64,000 nucleotides of DNA. Source: Chloropicon primus (taxonomy: Eukaryota). The stretch spans positions 1,426,001 to 1,490,000 of the forward strand of contig CP060756.1 of NCBI GenBank assembly GCA_023205875.1, written 5' to 3'. The translations under genes were made by a program, and so were the position numbers. Under the pieces are notes generated by a model that was given only the letters and a program-made list of their open reading frames with translations, was not told the DNA's origin and did no database searches. Every line of letters begins with the position of its first letter. Position 1 is the first letter of the stretch. Positions 61,573 through 64,000 of the stretch are shown here, piece by piece.

Positions 61573-64000
61573 ATGAAGAAAAGCAACGTGGAGGACAAGG
61601 TGGAACCTCCGCAAGTGGACACCATTGCCAACAGAGGGACGCCCAAGATCCTCAGATTTCACGTGCTGCAGGGGTTCAATTATCTCTTCGCCGGCGCCTA
61701 CTTTGCCTACCTCGCACTCTACGGGAGCGAGGCCAAGCCACACTACGTGAGCAAGCTATGGATGCAGCTGGAGGACCCGCCACTCAACCCTCTGGAGAGG
61801 ACGCTCCTGGCCATGTTCTGGCTCTGCCCCTCCTGCATCGGGCTTGGGTACCTCCTGATCCCCAAACATCTGGAGAGCGTGTACGGTTCCTTCTTGACAA
61901 TGTCAAGTGGGGTCATACTGGCGTTCCGCCTGGCTCTGACGCCGGCCCAGTACCTCACGCTCATTATTTTTCCTGTGGACTTTGGTGGAATCCTGTACAA
62001 GCTGCGGCTGCTGCGAGAGGAGTTCTGGGCCATTCCCAAGGAGTCCAGAAAGATTTTGTGGAACGTTCCTGAGGCTGCAGACAGGTCGACCATGTCCAGG
62101 CTCCTTGAATTCGAGTGTTACTTCTTTGCGGTGTACCTGTACGTGCTGTCCTTTGTGAGCACGGACGTCCTCCTGCCGGGGTGCAGCGGCACAAGGGTGG
62201 CCCCCTTCTCGAAGATCTTCTTCGGCTGCCAGGCGGTGGTCTTCGTGTACGTTGTGCCTGGCTTGAGGCAGGGGAAGAACCTGGTGGCCTACATGCTCCT
62301 CTGCAACAAGGCCATCGTGTCCTGCTTTTTGATCAAGGGCATCTTCTTTGACGGCGTGATTCCCAACACGATGGGCGCCTGGGTCCTGCTGCCGTACGTG
62401 ACGACCTTGGCCTTTGAGTTCCACCTGCTCCTGTGGAAGAGAGTGATGCGGTATTCCATATTTTCTCGCTACGTGACCAGAAGGCAAGCTTCGAGCGCAA
62501 AGTACTTCAGCATGCTGTTCGCCGTGCTCATCGTCACGTTATCCAATACGTGGTACATCTGCACGGGGAGCGGGCTGGCCTCGATCAGCAAGACGTACGG
62601 AAGTTTCCTTGACAGACTGGCTTTCCTTCCCGGCACGGACAAGAACGCGGATAGAGTGCGCTTCCTCGACGCGATGCTTGCTGGCGTCCTCTTCTTGTTT
62701 GTGATAGCGCTGGAGGAGGTGTTGGCGAAGAAGAACACGGCGAGGGTCGTATCCAGGATCCACTTTGTGCTCACCATTGGCGCCTTTACCTTTTCCATCA
62801 TGTTCAAAGTGTTCTGCAATTTGGACGTCAAGTCGAGTTGGCACGGCACCGTGGCTGCCTCTGATCACAGGGTTGGGATGCATTGCATCTACTGGGTTGT
62901 GAACGCGTTCCTGCGCGTGGCGTTTCCCCTTGCTTGCTTGTTCGTTCTCTGCAACGTGGATGGGCCCATCAGCTCTTGGACGATCTCGATGAAGGGGCCC
63001 AAGAAGACAAAGTCCCGCCTCGCGAGCACGATTGTGGTTCAAAACACCGTCAGGACGGCAATCAAGAGGACTATGATCTTCCACGGCATGAGCATGATGA
63101 TGTTTGCCTCTTTGGCCAGCACGCTGTTCACGTCTGGCTTGCCCACCTTCTTCCCCAACGACAGCATTTTTGGTGGGCACTACATCATCAAGCCCTTGGT
63201 GCCTCACAGCGTCGACTCGCAGCGCTCTCTGTTTTACGTCGGTCTTGTGATTGCGTTTGTTACGGTTATCATGGGGAGCGCCCTGGCGACCATCGACGGC
63301 AGGGCACTGCCAGTGGCCCAGTTTTTGAGCGCGGTGTGGCCACTCTCTGCTTGGGCGTTCTTGCTCGATTCCTGGATTTCTTTGGCGTATCAGAGGGGCA
63401 GCAAGCTCCACCACTACTTTGAACCCCTTTTCAGGGGCTCCATGGTCGTGAACTCCGAGCATATGACCTCCATAGCGGTGGTGGGCATGGGCACCGCCGC
63501 GCTGAGCCTGATGGTTGTGCTCTTCCTGAGGGTGAGGAGCGTCTCCGTGTACAACAGGAAAGTTCAGGCCCCCTCTGATTTTGCTGAGGAGCTCTCCCAC
63601 TCGCACAAGCAGTCGTACATCTTCCACAGCAGCGTCCTGGTCTTCTCTGCGAGCGTCTTCATGCTGAGGTCTTGCAAGTACGCCGACACGAGCAGCGTGG
63701 GTGCCATCTTCAAGGATTACTTGTTCGATGACATCGTGGCTTGCCTGACGATGATGAACTTCGGCTTTGTGATTTACGAGTGCAAGGAGGGGCTGCATCA
63801 CCGGAGTTTCTTGTCCAAGGTCACGTCACTGAAAACGGCGTGGATCCTTTCGGGTTACGTGTTGTTTTCGGCCAACAAGGCTCTGGGATACTTTGGTTTC
63901 TCCGACACGAGGATCGAGATGGTTTACTTGGTTTCGTACGTTGTGTACAACATTGTGATCCAGTTCCAGTCCGCTCGAGCTGTGGTCGAGGCGATCTACT
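61573..64000 (+). CDS. Unknown large polytopic membrane protein, open to the window end (>=809 aa)
   Basis: Manual translation from ATG 61573 (MKKSNVEDKVEPP) shows no stop before 64000; many TM segments; absent from the ORF track, presumably because it has no stop in the window. Confidence 0.8.
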   Translation, partial: MKKSNVEDKVEPPQVDTIANRGTPKILRFHVLQGFNYLFAGAYFAYLALYGSEAKPHYVSKLWMQLEDPPLNPLERTLLAMFWLCPSCIGLGYLLIPKHLESVYGSFLTMSSGVILAFRLALTPAQYLTLIIFPVDFGGILYKLRLLREEFWAIPKESRKILWNVPEAADRSTMSRLLEFECYFFAVYLYVLSFVSTDVLLPGCSGTRVAPFSKIFFGCQAVVFVYVVPGLRQGKNLVAYMLLCNKAIVSCFLIKGIFFDGVIPNTMGAWVLLPYVTTLAFEFHLLLWKRVMRYSIFSRYVTRRQASSAKYFSMLFAVLIVTLSNTWYICTGSGLASISKTYGSFLDRLAFLPGTDKNADRVRFLDAMLAGVLFLFVIALEEVLAKKNTARVVSRIHFVLTIGAFTFSIMFKVFCNLDVKSSWHGTVAASDHRVGMHCIYWVVNAFLRVAFPLACLFVLCNVDGPISSWTISMKGPKKTKSRLASTIVVQNTVRTAIKRTMIFHGMSMMMFASLASTLFTSGLPTFFPNDSIFGGHYIIKPLVPHSVDSQRSLFYVGLVIAFVTVIMGSALATIDGRALPVAQFLSAVWPLSAWAFLLDSWISLAYQRGSKLHHYFEPLFRGSMVVNSEHMTSIAVVGMGTAALSLMVVLFLRVRSVSVYNRKVQAPSDFAEELSHSHKQSYIFHSSVLVFSASVFMLRSCKYADTSSVGAIFKDYLFDDIVACLTMMNFGFVIYECKEGLHHRSFLSKVTSLKTAWILSGYVLFSANKALGYFGFSDTRIEMVYLVSYVVYNIVIQFQSARAVVEAIY

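Overview
Gene-dense, GC-rich, intron-poor eukaryotic nuclear DNA with about 35 protein-coding genes in 64 kb, short GT-AG introns and microsatellite-filled intergenic spacers. The gene set (PSB33, QNTG-type PEPC, CYP711-clan P450s, pectin acetylesterases, GT29) points to a compact green picoalga (Chloropicon-like; inference). Most genes are housekeeping: ARF, YAK1, CAF-1 p60, SF3A2, BIG ARF-GEF, SNX1, VPS3, ERV1, histone H1, GDP-Man pyrophosphorylase, MTP, PPIL1, TAF9, ATP10. Most notable observations: (1) an RRM protein with the landmark motifs of metazoan NELF-E; (2) a protein fusing a beta-strand-rich N-terminal domain to an Amidase_3-like (peptidoglycan amidase) domain with all four catalytic positions present; (3) an ABCE/RLI protein with a degenerate Fe-S domain; (4) a ~75-bp inverted duplication bracketing the start codon of a His-rich ferroportin; (5) a three-gene P450 cluster with a three-way mosaic of near-identical patches; (6) a head-to-head pair of unrecognised polytopic membrane proteins, one missing from the ORF track; (7) an interstitial (TTTTAGG)5 telomere-like tract in a bidirectional promoter. 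All family calls are from motif recognition by eye; no database searches were run.
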